Below are positions 16,529 to 25,666 of a stretch of 32,000 bases of DNA, in pieces. The position numbers were made by a program, and so were the translations under genes. Each line of letters starts with the position of its first letter. The first letter of the stretch is position 1. The stretch is taken from positions 1,440,001 to 1,472,000 of the forward strand of contig NC_016070.1 of assembly GCF_000253055.1 (NCBI RefSeq). Direction: 5' to 3'. This DNA comes from Thermoproteus tenax Kra 1 (GTDB taxonomy: Archaea; Thermoproteota; Thermoprotei; Thermoproteales; Thermoproteaceae). A model generated the notes under the pieces. It did no database searches. It was given only the letters and a program-made list of their open reading frames with translations, and was not told the origin of the DNA.

Positions 16529-17473
16529 ATGGGAGATCACGTGTCTATTGTGGCGTTGATTGAGCTTTATAACTCGCTGGATAAGTTAGATCTAAGAGTA
16601 TTGAGGGTCTTAGAGGTGGCGCACTCCAGATACCAGTATGTTCCCTACAAGCTTATAGTTAAGTATATGGATGCCGACGAGAGGAAGGTCGGTCTGGCGC
16701 TATCTAAGCTCAACAAGCTCAAATTAGTACAGAGGGCTAAGAGCTCATATGAGGGGTACAGATTGACTTTCAACTCTTATGACATATTGGCAATTCATAC
16801 TTTAAGGAAGGCTGGGAAGCTGTTATCCCTCTCGCCTACGCCCATAGGAGTAGGCAAGGAGTCTGTGGTATACGCCGGCGAGACCCCGAGCGGCCTTAGA
16901 GTGGCCGTCAAGCTCCATAGGACTGGCACATCCTCTTTTGTTCATGTAAGGAAGTTGCGTATATTTCTGGGCAAGAGGAGGCATCTAACTAGGCTGTATG
17001 AGGCCAGACTCTCGGCCTATATGGAGTATGCGGCGTTGGATGCTATCTTCAGCGAAGGCGGCAGTGTACCGGAGCCTATAGCGTATAATAGACATGCGGT
17101 GGTCATGAGGTATGTGGACGGAATAGAGGCCTATAGGGCTGCGGAGGTGTCCGATGCTTATATAGACGACGTTAAACAGACTATGGAGATTGCTCTGCGC
17201 AACGGCATTATCCACGGCGATCTTACTCCCTATAATATACTGTTAGGCGACAGAGCCTATGTTATCGACTGGCCTCAGTGGGTGCCTGTCACGCATCCAA
17301 ATGCTAATGATATTTTAAATAGAGATTTATATAATATTTATAATTATTTCTCTAAATTTAATAAGAAAATAAATATAGAAGAAATATTGAATATATTTGA
17401 TCGAGTAAAAGAAAGTATGACGATCAAGGCCAGGTTGAGCGAACTGGTGCACAAATTTATCGAGAGCTTATGA
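16529..17473 (+). CDS. rio2: RIO2-type serine/threonine protein kinase
   Basis: N-terminal winged helix, GVGKESVVYAGETPSGLRVAVKLHR, HGDLTPYNILL, VIDWPQWVPVTHPNA. ATG at 16529 preferred over the 16496 ORF start. Confidence 0.93.
   Translation: MGDHVSIVALIELYNSLDKLDLRVLRVLEVAHSRYQYVPYKLIVKYMDADERKVGLALSKLNKLKLVQRAKSSYEGYRLTFNSYDILAIHTLRKAGKLLSLSPTPIGVGKESVVYAGETPSGLRVAVKLHRTGTSSFVHVRKLRIFLGKRRHLTRLYEARLSAYMEYAALDAIFSEGGSVPEPIAYNRHAVVMRYVDGIEAYRAAEVSDAYIDDVKQTMEIALRNGIIHGDLTPYNILLGDRAYVIDWPQWVPVTHPNANDILNRDLYNIYNYFSKFNKKINIEEILNIFDRVKESMTIKARLSELVHKFIESL
17297..17416 (+). other. A/T-ending codon island in RIO2
   Basis: 37 of 40 codons end in A/T. Confidence 0.8.
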
Positions 17474-19236
17474 GGATCCTCGGCCTTGATATAGCGCCTC
17501 AAAATAGATTCGCCTATACGATCGTCGAGGATGGAAAGCTGATTGACCAAGGATACGCCGAGGCGCCCGCCCTATTGAAGGTAATAAAGGATCACAAGCC
17601 TGGAGTAATAGCATTGGACAGTCTGTCCGAGTTGGTAGAATACGGTAAAATAATAATAAAGGCCCTGGGCCATCTCCCCTTCAATATAGACGTAATCGAG
17701 GTAACGAGGGAGGCCAACGCCAGTGTTCCCACGGAGGTCTTAGTGAGGAGGAATTTCGGTATCAATAGGGACAAACTGGACCCTCTGGAGACATCATACT
17801 ATCTGGCCCTATTGGCTGAAAAAGGTGTCGGAGCCAGAATAAAGCTCTTTGAGGAGGAGACCATAATCCTAATAAAAAGGAGGACCTCCACGGCGCCGGG
17901 CGGTATGAGCAGAAACAGATACATGCGCAACATAAAACACAGAATAAGAGAGCTCGCTGAGAAGATATCTAGGCGGCTCGATGAGGCCGGCTTTGATTAT
18001 GATCTATTCTTCAAGGAGGAGTCGGGGGATGTCTCTTCGGCTAAGTTCGTGGTATATGCAAGAAGAGATCTTGTGAGGAGATTCGTCAAGCCCATGAGGG
18101 CCTCGGATGTAGTAGTCACAGTATATTCTGAGCCGGCGAAGCGGTATGGACAAGAGAGAAGCGATTTACACGTGATAGTTGGCATAGACCCAGGCATCGT
18201 AACCGGTCTCGCCATAGTGGACTTGAACGGTAGAGTCCTGCACACCGAGGCGAAGAGGAATTTATCGAGGGGCGAGGCGCTGAGGAGGATCTACCAATGG
18301 GGGATCCCCGTAGTCGTAGCAACCGACGTAACTCCTCCACCTGAGTATGTCAAGAAACTTGCGGCTATGTGTGGGGCCGTAGTCTACGCGCCCGATAGAG
18401 ATCTTGCGGTGTCTGAGAAAAGCGCGATAGTGGAGAAGATAAACTATCCGACATCAACAACGCACGAGCGAGACGCGCTGGCCGCTGCATATAAAGCTTT
18501 TTATGAGTATAAAGATAAATTCAATAAACTAGAAAAAGACTTTAAAGTAATATTAAATGATAAACTATTAGAAAAAGCAAAAATATTAATAATAAAAGGT
18601 AAACCAATAGCTCAAGCCGTCGCAGAAGTCCTTAAGATGTCGTACGACACCGAGAGGACTAAAATCGTGTATGTCCCAATAGAGAGACCGTGTAGAGATC
18701 AAGACGAGAATCTAAGGAGGAGGATAGCCGCTTTGGAGTACGAAAAGGCGCAGTTAGAGAAAGAGCTATATGAACTGAGGGAGAGGCTATCTTCGTTGTC
18801 GAGAGCGTTGACCGATTCGCTGTGGAGAGACTTTAAATATAGAGAACTACAAAGACGTATAGAAGATTTAACAAAATCAATAAATGAATGTGAAGAAGAA
18901 AAAAATAGAATAATGGAAAATATTATAGAAATAATACAAGGCCTACTTAGCGGGAGGTATAAGATGTACGATGAGAACGATATTGTAGAGTGTAGAAAGA
19001 CAGGCGCCGGGGCTATATGTAGGGACTTAGCCAACTTGGAGGACGCGGTGAGATCGGGCATAATGGGCGTACCAGTAAATTTAGTATTAAGATATAAAAT
19101 TGGAACATATTACATAATAGATGAATTGAAAAGAAAGGAATTATTAGAAAAAATTAAAGAACAATATTATAATAAGGAAATTGATTTAAAGAAGATAATT
19201 GAGGAATACAGAAGGCGCCTCCCAGACCTAAAATAG
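17470..19236 (+). CDS. DUF460-family protein: RNase H/RuvC-like fold plus coiled coil, uncharacterised function
   Basis: [19 protein letters not shown]; [24 protein letters not shown]; [19 protein letters not shown]; [14 protein letters not shown]; long [16 protein letters not shown] coiled coil. Confidence 0.82.
   Translation: MRILGLDIAPQNRFAYTIVEDGKLIDQGYAEAPALLKVIKDHKPGVIALDSLSELVEYGKIIIKALGHLPFNIDVIEVTREANASVPTEVLVRRNFGINRDKLDPLETSYYLALLAEKGVGARIKLFEEETIILIKRRTSTAPGGMSRNRYMRNIKHRIRELAEKISRRLDEAGFDYDLFFKEESGDVSSAKFVVYARRDLVRRFVKPMRASDVVVTVYSEPAKRYGQERSDLHVIVGIDPGIVTGLAIVDLNGRVLHTEAKRNLSRGEALRRIYQWGIPVVVATDVTPPPEYVKKLAAMCGAVVYAPDRDLAVSEKSAIVEKINYPTSTTHERDALAAAYKAFYEYKDKFNKLEKDFKVILNDKLLEKAKILIIKGKPIAQAVAEVLKMSYDTERTKIVYVPIERPCRDQDENLRRRIAALEYEKAQLEKELYELRERLSSLSRALTDSLWRDFKYRELQRRIEDLTKSINECEEEKNRIMENIIEIIQGLLSGRYKMYDENDIVECRKTGAGAICRDLANLEDAVRSGIMGVPVNLVLRYKIGTYYIIDELKRKELLEKIKEQYYNKEIDLKKIIEEYRRRLPDLK
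18541..18615 (+). other. A/T-ending codon island 1 in the DUF460 gene
   Basis: 25 of 25 codons end in A/T; 16 of the next 25 codons end in G/C. Confidence 0.85.
18841..18939 (+). other. A/T-ending codon island 2 in the DUF460 gene
   Basis: 32 of 32 degenerate codons end in A/T (the only other codon is ATG). Confidence 0.85.
19069..19200 (+). other. A/T-ending codon island 3 in the DUF460 gene
   Basis: 38 of 44 codons end in A/T. Confidence 0.7.
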
Positions 19237-20439
19237 GCTTACCTTGCCCTCTAGGACCAACTGAGTTATCCCGGTCACTCTGGCGAGCTCCTCTGCGGCT
19301 ATCGCCTCTATTTCTCGCTTCATCTCGCTCGATACGACGCCGCCCTCTGGTATGAGTTCAACGTTGAGTATCTTGGGCTCAGTAATGGGTCTACCTATCT
19401 GGCTGACGACCTCCACGGAGACTTCGACTACTCCCTTGACTTCTTTGTATATTCTGTCGGCGATTTTCTGGGCCAGTATATTATATATCTTGCCCACGTG
19501 CGATACAGGATTCTTACCCGCCGCCGCCTCCATGGACATTACTCTCATGGGCGTGATTAGGCCGTTTGCCCTGTTACCTCTTCCGGTCATGCCGTCATCT
19601 CCATGCTCGGCGCTTGTTCCAGTCACAGTTAGATAGTATATGTTGTGCTCGGGTTTGTCGGCCGTATTGACGTCCACCGATACGTTGTAGCCAGGCGCTA
19701 TCTTAGATGCTAGATCTTCCACCCTCCTTTTGACCTCCTCCTTAACTGAGAGATAGTGGTCTTTATCTTTTACCAGAGAGCTTATCATGGCCGCAGCTAT
19801 GGTTATCTTGACGTCCCTTTCCACTCTCACGCCCATAACCTTGACGTCCTCGCCCACCTCGGGCAACCTTGACTTAAACTCTGCTGAGTTTAGAGTTCGC
19901 TCAATTTGATAAACTAGAGTCTCGAGAGTAGAGAGAGGAGCATAGCCCACTCCAATAGACGTATCATTGGCCAGAGGTATGGACTTGGCGCCTAAATCGT
20001 ATACGCCCGTGAGATCGGCCGAGCCTTGCCCGATTCTATAGTCGATGACTACGTGTCTCTCCGGGTCCAAGAAGCGGAAGTGGTCTCTTATCCACCTCTT
20101 TGCGGCCTCAAGGATGATGGGACCTATGGGGACCTTCTCGGTCTCGTTGCCCCTCCTCACCTCGACAGTTGCTCTGCCGGATACAATTATATAAATCGGC
20201 TGAATGACCTCGCCGCCGCCAAAGACAGGCCTGGCCTGTCCGCCGACTACTAAAGTCTTATCTAGGTTGTGGTGAAGTATAAGGCCGTACTTCTTTAGGT
20301 AATAATTGGATAGGAAGACGCTGGCGTACTCGGAGATACCGTCAGCTATATAATCGGGGTGTCCAACGCCCTTTCGCTCTACGATCTCCACACGTTGTTG
20401 TTCAACAGGTATTCTGTTGGCCTTTGTTACTGTTATCAT
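19228..20439 (-). CDS. mat: Archaeal-type S-adenosylmethionine synthetase
   Basis: [84 protein letters not shown]. Confidence 0.96.
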   Translation of the reverse strand: MITVTKANRIPVEQQRVEIVERKGVGHPDYIADGISEYASVFLSNYYLKKYGLILHHNLDKTLVVGGQARPVFGGGEVIQPIYIIVSGRATVEVRRGNETEKVPIGPIILEAAKRWIRDHFRFLDPERHVVIDYRIGQGSADLTGVYDLGAKSIPLANDTSIGVGYAPLSTLETLVYQIERTLNSAEFKSRLPEVGEDVKVMGVRVERDVKITIAAAMISSLVKDKDHYLSVKEEVKRRVEDLASKIAPGYNVSVDVNTADKPEHNIYYLTVTGTSAEHGDDGMTGRGNRANGLITPMRVMSMEAAAGKNPVSHVGKIYNILAQKIADRIYKEVKGVVEVSVEVVSQIGRPITEPKILNVELIPEGGVVSSEMKREIEAIAAEELARVTGITQLVLEGKVSLF

Positions 20440-20696
20440 GCTGCCGCCTCTTCGCTCGATATATAGATTATTTGGCTTCCTCTTATAAGTATTCTCCCAT
20501 ACCTCATCTTTGCATTGCCAACTTTATCTAGCTCCTCTGCGTTATCTAGAACTAAGTTCATACATGAATCGTATATGCTTAAGACGCCTCTAACGACGAC
20601 ATCTCCCTTTAATCTAGCCACTACGACTTTATTAACCATCTTGGACAGCACCTTTAGCGGCGAGGGCAATTTCAACTGCTGGGCTTTATTAGACAT
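20436..20696 (-). CDS. Sm/LSm-like RNA-binding protein
   Basis: [51 protein letters not shown]. Confidence 0.9.
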   Translation of the reverse strand: MSNKAQQLKLPSPLKVLSKMVNKVVVARLKGDVVVRGVLSIYDSCMNLVLDNAEELDKVGNAKMRYGRILIRGSQIIYISSEEAAA

Positions 20697-20740
20697 GCAA
20701 GACCCCCTTAGTTGGCTTAATAAAATTTTACGCTAAAGTG

Positions 20741-20938
20741 CTACCTACTTTCGAACTGTAGAACGTCGTCGATCCAGTCCACATGGGCCAACAAAGTTCG
20801 GCGGCAACAGTATCTATCGACTCCTAGATCGTCGAGCACTCTGGCTGGGTCCTCGCCAGCAAGGACCCTCCTTCTGAGCGGCTCCCAGAGATGCCCCAGA
20901 GGCCTTCCACATGTAAAACAACGTAGTGGAGCCATCAT
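20741..20938 (-). CDS. rpoN: DNA-directed RNA polymerase subunit N (Rpo10)
   Basis: [42 protein letters not shown]. Confidence 0.95.
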   Translation of the reverse strand: MMAPLRCFTCGRPLGHLWEPLRRRVLAGEDPARVLDDLGVDRYCCRRTLLAHVDWIDDVLQFESR

Positions 20939-20941
20939 GTG

Positions 20942-21400
20942 TTAACGGTACGCCTTCTGTCTCTTTGATCTTGCGTGTTTAAGCCCAGGCTTCTTGGGCT
21001 CGGTTCTCCGCGGATCACCCTTTATCATATATGGATCATACATTAGATAGATCTCTCTGAGCTTCTCGTCGTCGAAATATCTCACAAGGCCTCTCGCTAT
21101 GGCCATTCTGACCGCAGTAGCTTGGCCCATGAAGCCTCCGCCTCTTACCTCGACCTCAATATCCACTCTATTGGCTAGTGCGCCGGCCAGATATAGCGGC
21201 TCTGCCATCTTCTGGCGCGCCATCTCAATGGGCCAGAGCTCCAGCGGATATCCGTTTATCCTAACCCTCCCAACTCCGGGCTTTATCAACGCGCGGGCTA
21301 TCGCAGTCTTCTTTTTGCCGACTGCAATAACCACGCGAGGCGACTCTTGTGCTACGTAGGCGCCCGGAACGTGTTGTTTCTCAGAGGGCTCCAACGTCAT
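20942..21400 (-). CDS. rps9: Small ribosomal subunit protein uS9
   Basis: RVVIAVGKKKTAIARALIKPGVGRVRING; C-term LKHARSKRQKAYR. Start set to ATG at 21400, overlapping the uL13 stop (ATGA), rather than 21481. Confidence 0.94.
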   Translation of the reverse strand: MTLEPSEKQHVPGAYVAQESPRVVIAVGKKKTAIARALIKPGVGRVRINGYPLELWPIEMARQKMAEPLYLAGALANRVDIEVEVRGGGFMGQATAVRMAIARGLVRYFDDEKLREIYLMYDPYMIKGDPRRTEPKKPGLKHARSKRQKAYR

Positions 21401-21921
21401 TGACCCTCTGTTGTTTGTTGTCTTAATAACTTCTGCGCCTCTTTCCATTTGTTCCAAGCCCTTGGATCTATCAAGCTCCATAGCTCCTCCAACGTAATAT
21501 ACTTATACAGAGGCTTAGCCCTTATGAGTGCATCGGGCACTCGGTATACCTCTCCGCTTAGATCTTGGGGTCTGGACAGGTAAACCCTCAAACGTTTCAA
21601 GGCCGATCTACCCCTCTGTTTCTTGTACTCAAGCATATCTCTTACTATCCTCTTGAATATCTTGTCAGGCCTCCTCGGCACTTTTGGCCCTACTTTCTCT
21701 GGGTTATAGTGAGTCCTCCACTCCGAGACCTTCCTCATGTACCATCTGACTACCATCTGCCTATCACCTACTATTACAGCCCTATCTATATTTATAACCA
21801 CGACGCTCACGTCAGGCCTGCTCTGGAGCAATTTTGCAATATAGCTTGCCAGCCTGCCTACAACATGATTGGTAGCGTCAATGACTATTGTGCCCTCGTT
21901 CGACCTCGCGGGCCCAGTCAT
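21397..21921 (-). CDS. rpl13: Large ribosomal subunit protein uL13
   Basis: IVIDATNHVVGRLASYIAKLL, VIVGDRQMVVRWYM. Confidence 0.94.
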   Translation of the reverse strand: MTGPARSNEGTIVIDATNHVVGRLASYIAKLLQSRPDVSVVVINIDRAVIVGDRQMVVRWYMRKVSEWRTHYNPEKVGPKVPRRPDKIFKRIVRDMLEYKKQRGRSALKRLRVYLSRPQDLSGEVYRVPDALIRAKPLYKYITLEELWSLIDPRAWNKWKEAQKLLRQQTTEGQ

Positions 21922-22286
21922 ATTACTATCTTGACGCGGCTCCCTTTGGGGTTTCTTCTTACAAGTTCTGGAATCGACACAAGTTCTCCGCCGGCTCTTA
22001 ATACGGACTCTGCCGCCGATTTCGTTGCGCTGAGCACAGCCACGGTTACTCTCTTTTCCAATTTACCTGCGCCGAGAAGCTTGCCTGGGATGACAACTAT
22101 ATCGCCGTCGGAGGCTAATCTATCGACTTTCCCAATGTTGACCGCGACGCGCCTCCTCCTGGGTCTTTCTATTAATTCTGCGAGATACGACCATATAGGC
22201 GCATCGTTCTTCCTAGAGGCTATCCTCAGAAATCTAACGAGCGTCCTCAGCCTCATATCAGTGGGGCCTGTGGGATTAGGCGGCAC
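21918..22286 (-). CDS. rpl18e: Large ribosomal subunit protein eL18
   Basis: RLASDGDIVVIPGKLLGAGKLEKRVTVAVLSATKSAAESVLRAGGELVSIPELVRRNPKGSRVKIV. Confidence 0.94.
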   Translation of the reverse strand: MPPNPTGPTDMRLRTLVRFLRIASRKNDAPIWSYLAELIERPRRRRVAVNIGKVDRLASDGDIVVIPGKLLGAGKLEKRVTVAVLSATKSAAESVLRAGGELVSIPELVRRNPKGSRVKIVI

Positions 22287-22308
22287 GCCGTCTCTTATCG
22301 AGATATAT

Positions 22309-23154
22309 TTAAACGTTCTCAGCTTTAGAGCCCTCCTCTACGGCTGTAGCCGATGCTCTATTTACGACCTCTCTCTCTAGCGATTCTAGGAACGTACTGA
22401 ACTTGACTTTGAGTACGCGGAATGTCTCTTTCAACATATCATTAATACTCATGTTGCCATACGATTCAAACATCATTATATATTTATATTTATCCCAATC
22501 AACAATTAAAATTCCATTACATAAACTTTCACATGTCTTTAATTTTCCAAAAGTACACTGATATAGATCGACCTCTTTGAGCGTATTCCCAAACGCCTTT
22601 GGACATACATTTTTACATATTTTGAGACAGTTCTCGTCATCCTTTACGATGGTTACTTTGGGGAAATAGTAATATGTGGCAAGGCCGGCCTGCCATTTGG
22701 CGTGCTCCCTCGCTCTGCCAAGACGCGCATAAGCCTCTATAGAGATCGATTGGCCCTTAGCCAACTTCACTATGGGCATCTCGGGATATACCGGCTTGAC
22801 TCCAGGATGCTCCGAGATTAGATCGCCTGCATACACAGTCCTGGCCTCTTCAGCAGTGACTTGGAGAGTCAGCCTTACGGTACATTCGGCTGGGTCAACC
22901 AGGCCGCTCTCACACTCCTCAATCTTGGGGAACTCGCCCAACGGGGTAGTTAGAGGAATGAGCCCGATCCTATGGGCCAACATCTCGTCGTACATAGACG
23001 ACGTGTTGTTTATTATAATAACTTGATCTACGGCGAAGACTGGGACTTCTGATATTACTGCGCGTCTTATGGAGTTTACGAGAGAGGGCTTGGCTCCCTC
23101 TATATATGCCCTCAGCCGTAGATTATCGCGCTCTAAGACCTTTGCGTGAGGCAT
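22309..23154 (-). CDS. rpoD: DNA-directed RNA polymerase subunit D (Rpo3), with Fe-S-type cysteine motif
   Basis: NSIRRAVISEVPVFAVDQV, AHRIGLIPLTTP, cysteines in NCLKICKNVCPKAF...CTFGKLKTCESLC. Confidence 0.95.
   Translation of the reverse strand: MPHAKVLERDNLRLRAYIEGAKPSLVNSIRRAVISEVPVFAVDQVIIINNTSSMYDEMLAHRIGLIPLTTPLGEFPKIEECESGLVDPAECTVRLTLQVTAEEARTVYAGDLISEHPGVKPVYPEMPIVKLAKGQSISIEAYARLGRAREHAKWQAGLATYYYFPKVTIVKDDENCLKICKNVCPKAFGNTLKEVDLYQCTFGKLKTCESLCNGILIVDWDKYKYIMMFESYGNMSINDMLKETFRVLKVKFSTFLESLEREVVNRASATAVEEGSKAENV
22465..22536 (-). other. A/T-ending codon island in rpoD
   Basis: 21 of 21 degenerate codons end in A/T (others are TGG, ATG, ATG). Confidence 0.75.
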
Positions 23155-23597
23155 TAACGAGTAGGCTTCTGCTTTTTACCTCTTAGTATAGCGATGAGGG
23201 ATACGCCGTTGACCTTGGTGACCTTGAACCTTATGCCGGGTATATCGCCGAGCGAGCGCCCCTCGGGCCCTCCTATACGTTCTATTATCACTTCATCGTG
23301 TTCATTTATGAGGTTAAGACCGCCATCGTACGGCACAAAGGCCGTGACTACCTTGCCGTTTTTGACTAACTGGACTCTCACACATTTGCGGACGGCGGCG
23401 TTCGGCTTACGCGCCTCCACTCCCACCTTCTCCAACACTATCCCCCGGGCCATGGGAGCGCCCTCTAGAGGATCGTACTTTTCAGCTATCTTCAAGATCT
23501 TCCTCTTATAGGTTACATCGTTCCATCTGAACCTCCTCCTCTTTTCCTTAAGCCTCCTTGCAGCGAAGAGCCCGACCGGCGACTTCTTGCCAGGCAC
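23154..23597 (-). CDS. rps12: Small ribosomal subunit protein uS12
   Basis: [40 protein letters not shown]; GTG start at 23597. Confidence 0.96.
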   Translation of the reverse strand: MPGKKSPVGLFAARRLKEKRRRFRWNDVTYKRKILKIAEKYDPLEGAPMARGIVLEKVGVEARKPNAAVRKCVRVQLVKNGKVVTAFVPYDGGLNLINEHDEVIIERIGGPEGRSLGDIPGIRFKVTKVNGVSLIAILRGKKQKPTR

Positions 23598-23617
23598 GAC
23601 CCCTCACTAAACGGGCG

Positions 23618-23628
23618 TATATAAAGTT
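23618..23628 (-). promoter_or_regulatory. TATA box for leaderless uS12 transcript
   Basis: Minus strand CTTTATATACG, ~25 nt upstream of the GTG start at 23597. Confidence 0.6.
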
Positions 23629-23652
23629 TAATTGAAGGACAGTCCCTCTGAG

Positions 23653-24087
23653 CTACGCCAAAACGACTCTATCTACGTCGTAGTATCTCTTGGCCAGCAA
23701 CTTTGCTTTCGCTATATTCCTTCCATTCTTGCCGATGGCAATACCCTTATCTGAGGGCGCCACCGTGGTAATTGCCACTAAATTACCTGACGGCGACTTT
23801 GTGACCTTCACGGCGATGACCTTAGCGGGATAGAGGCTGTTTTTTATCAGCTCCTCAGGCGTGTCTGCGTATTCGACAACCTCCACATCTTTCCCTATTA
23901 TCTGCTTTAACATCCTCACGTTGTTGCCGCCCTTACCTACAGCTAAAGCAGCCTGGCTCTTTCCCACTACAAATATTATTCTATTGTAGCTGTTATCAAT
24001 GACTACGTCGATGGGCGTTACGCCGGTCATCGACTCAAAAAGCGTGGCGTAACGTATCTCTTCGTCAGTCAGCCTTATGTCAGGCAT
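23653..24087 (-). CDS. NusA-like KH-domain transcription factor
   Basis: 144 aa; [31 protein letters not shown] and [23 protein letters not shown]. Confidence 0.93.
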   Translation of the reverse strand: MPDIRLTDEEIRYATLFESMTGVTPIDVVIDNSYNRIIFVVGKSQAALAVGKGGNNVRMLKQIIGKDVEVVEYADTPEELIKNSLYPAKVIAVKVTKSPSGNLVAITTVAPSDKGIAIGKNGRNIAKAKLLAKRYYDVDRVVLA

Positions 24088-24394
24088 GGCCCACCAGTTT
24101 CAATATCTCGCTCTGGCCTGGCTCTATTATGGACATGGCCGATATCTTGAACGGTTTTCGTACGGCTGCGCCTAGCTCTAGGCTAGATCCAGGGAATATA
24201 AATATTGGGACTCCAGCTAGCTTTGCATAGTACTCAAGGTCATTTTTTACAGCGATCGGCGCGTTGGCGGCTATTATGACCATCTTGGACTGTCCAGCCA
24301 GTATAGATCTCTTAGTGCTCTTGTAGCCGACAAGAACCCTGCCGGTCGTCACTGCGACTTGGAGCTCCCTAGATATATCAACCGATACACTCAC
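24080..24394 (-). CDS. rpl30e: Large ribosomal subunit protein eL30
   Basis: [43 protein letters not shown] at 24394 preferred because CTTTATATA lies ~25 nt upstream. Confidence 0.92.
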   Translation of the reverse strand: MSVSVDISRELQVAVTTGRVLVGYKSTKRSILAGQSKMVIIAANAPIAVKNDLEYYAKLAGVPIFIFPGSSLELGAAVRKPFKISAMSIIEPGQSEILKLVGHA

Positions 24395-24413
24395 GGCCGT
24401 GAGGAACAATACC

Positions 24414-24424
24414 GTATATAAAGT
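24414..24424 (-). promoter_or_regulatory. TATA box for leaderless eL30 transcript
   Basis: Minus strand ACTTTATATAC, centred ~25 nt upstream of the GTG at 24394. Confidence 0.6.
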
Positions 24425-24465
24425 TTGATCCCCCTTGTTCAGCCAATACAATTAGAATAATACTT

Positions 24466-24520
24466 AAGAAAAAAATTAATTATAAAATTTCTTTCTAGTA
24501 AGATTTATTAAAAAATATGT
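24466..24520 (-). terminator. T-rich termination region upstream of the eL30 promoter, after rpoA2
   Basis: Minus strand runs CATATTTTTTAATA and AATTTTTTTCTTA directly after the rpoA2 stop. Confidence 0.4.
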
Positions 24521-24526
24521 TATTTA

Positions 24527-25666
24527 CTAAAATTGCATTAAAAGTTTTACCATACCTGTCCCTATCGGGATATGCCTGCCCGCAATTATGTTCTCAAAGA
24601 CCCCTCTGAACGGCTCTACATCGCCTTTAGTCGCAGCCTCCACTAACGTCTTTACGGTCACCTCAAATGCGGCTCTGGCCAACGGCGACTCCTTGGAGCC
24701 CACTACGCCGTGTCTTCCTATTGGTCTTACCTTGCCCAGCCAAGTCATAGCATCAGCGATCATATACATGTGTCTCACATCTACGTCCAGACCTTGGTCT
24801 ACCAAAACTCGCCTGATTTCGGACATTATTAAAGTTCTAGCGACCTCTATGCCTAATACTTCGGCGACTTCGTGTAGATCGTTGCTGTAAGTCCTCGTGT
24901 AGTCCACCTCCTCCAATTGGAGAACGCCCTCGAGGTTTGTGCCCTCAGTTACTATATACCACTCGCCAGTGTTTCTATCTTGATCAACTAGAACTTTCCT
25001 GATGCCCTTTATTCCACTGATTCTAGTTTGTAATACTTTATCTTTTAATTTTCTTATTTTTAACATATCTGGCATATTAATTTTTATATAGATAAAATTA
25101 TTTTCTAGCTCCACTGTAACGCCCTTCCCGCGCATTCGTGATAGTGCCTTCTCAATGTCTTTGAGCGAGATGCCTCTATATTTAAGCTGTTCTTGATCCA
25201 ATTCTATTGTTATAGTGTATGTGATATAATCTATATCTACTGATTTTGCAAGGCTCTCTATAGTTGTCAACTGTATCTTTTTCGCCACCTCGGTAGCCGA
25301 TTCTTTGGACTTATTATAGGGCGGTTTAAGGTACACATACATGAGAGGCGTCGACGGCTTTCTTCTGGCGTCAACGATCTCGATCATTCTCGGAAGTCCG
25401 CGTGCCATGGAGAACTCTCTGAGGCCCGCGAAATGGAAGGAGCGCAAGATCATCTGTGTCGACGGCTCGCCTATTGATTGAGCCGTTATAATGCCAATGG
25501 CCTCGCCTGCGTCAATCAGCGATTTTATATATAGCCTTAGAGCTCTATATATAATCTTTAGAGCAGTCTCTTCATCCAAGCCCTCGATCGACTTCTTCAG
25601 CTCCTCATAAAGCGACTTCGGAATAACCGAGGAGACGTCCTCGAGTATTTGAGCCGCAGACATCAC
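24527..25666 (-). CDS. rpoA2: DNA-directed RNA polymerase subunit A'' (Rpo1C)
   Basis: GEAIGIITAQSIGEPSTQMILRSFHFAGLREFSMARGLPRMIEIVDARR. Confidence 0.97.
   Translation of the reverse strand: MMSAAQILEDVSSVIPKSLYEELKKSIEGLDEETALKIIYRALRLYIKSLIDAGEAIGIITAQSIGEPSTQMILRSFHFAGLREFSMARGLPRMIEIVDARRKPSTPLMYVYLKPPYNKSKESATEVAKKIQLTTIESLAKSVDIDYITYTITIELDQEQLKYRGISLKDIEKALSRMRGKGVTVELENNFIYIKINMPDMLKIRKLKDKVLQTRISGIKGIRKVLVDQDRNTGEWYIVTEGTNLEGVLQLEEVDYTRTYSNDLHEVAEVLGIEVARTLIMSEIRRVLVDQGLDVDVRHMYMIADAMTWLGKVRPIGRHGVVGSKESPLARAAFEVTVKTLVEAATKGDVEPFRGVFENIIAGRHIPIGTGMVKLLMQF
25022..25108 (-). other. A/T-ending codon island in rpoA2
   Basis: 26 of 27 degenerate codons end in A/T. Confidence 0.8.

Noticed and set aside
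21401-21481. 27-residue extension of the uS9 ORF
   Set aside because: It lies entirely inside uL13; the ATG at 21400 overlapping the uL13 stop is the typical coupled start.
24395-24451. N-terminal extension of the eL30 ORF ([19 protein letters not shown])
   Set aside because: It spans the predicted TATA box; the GTG at 24394 fits promoter spacing and protein family length.
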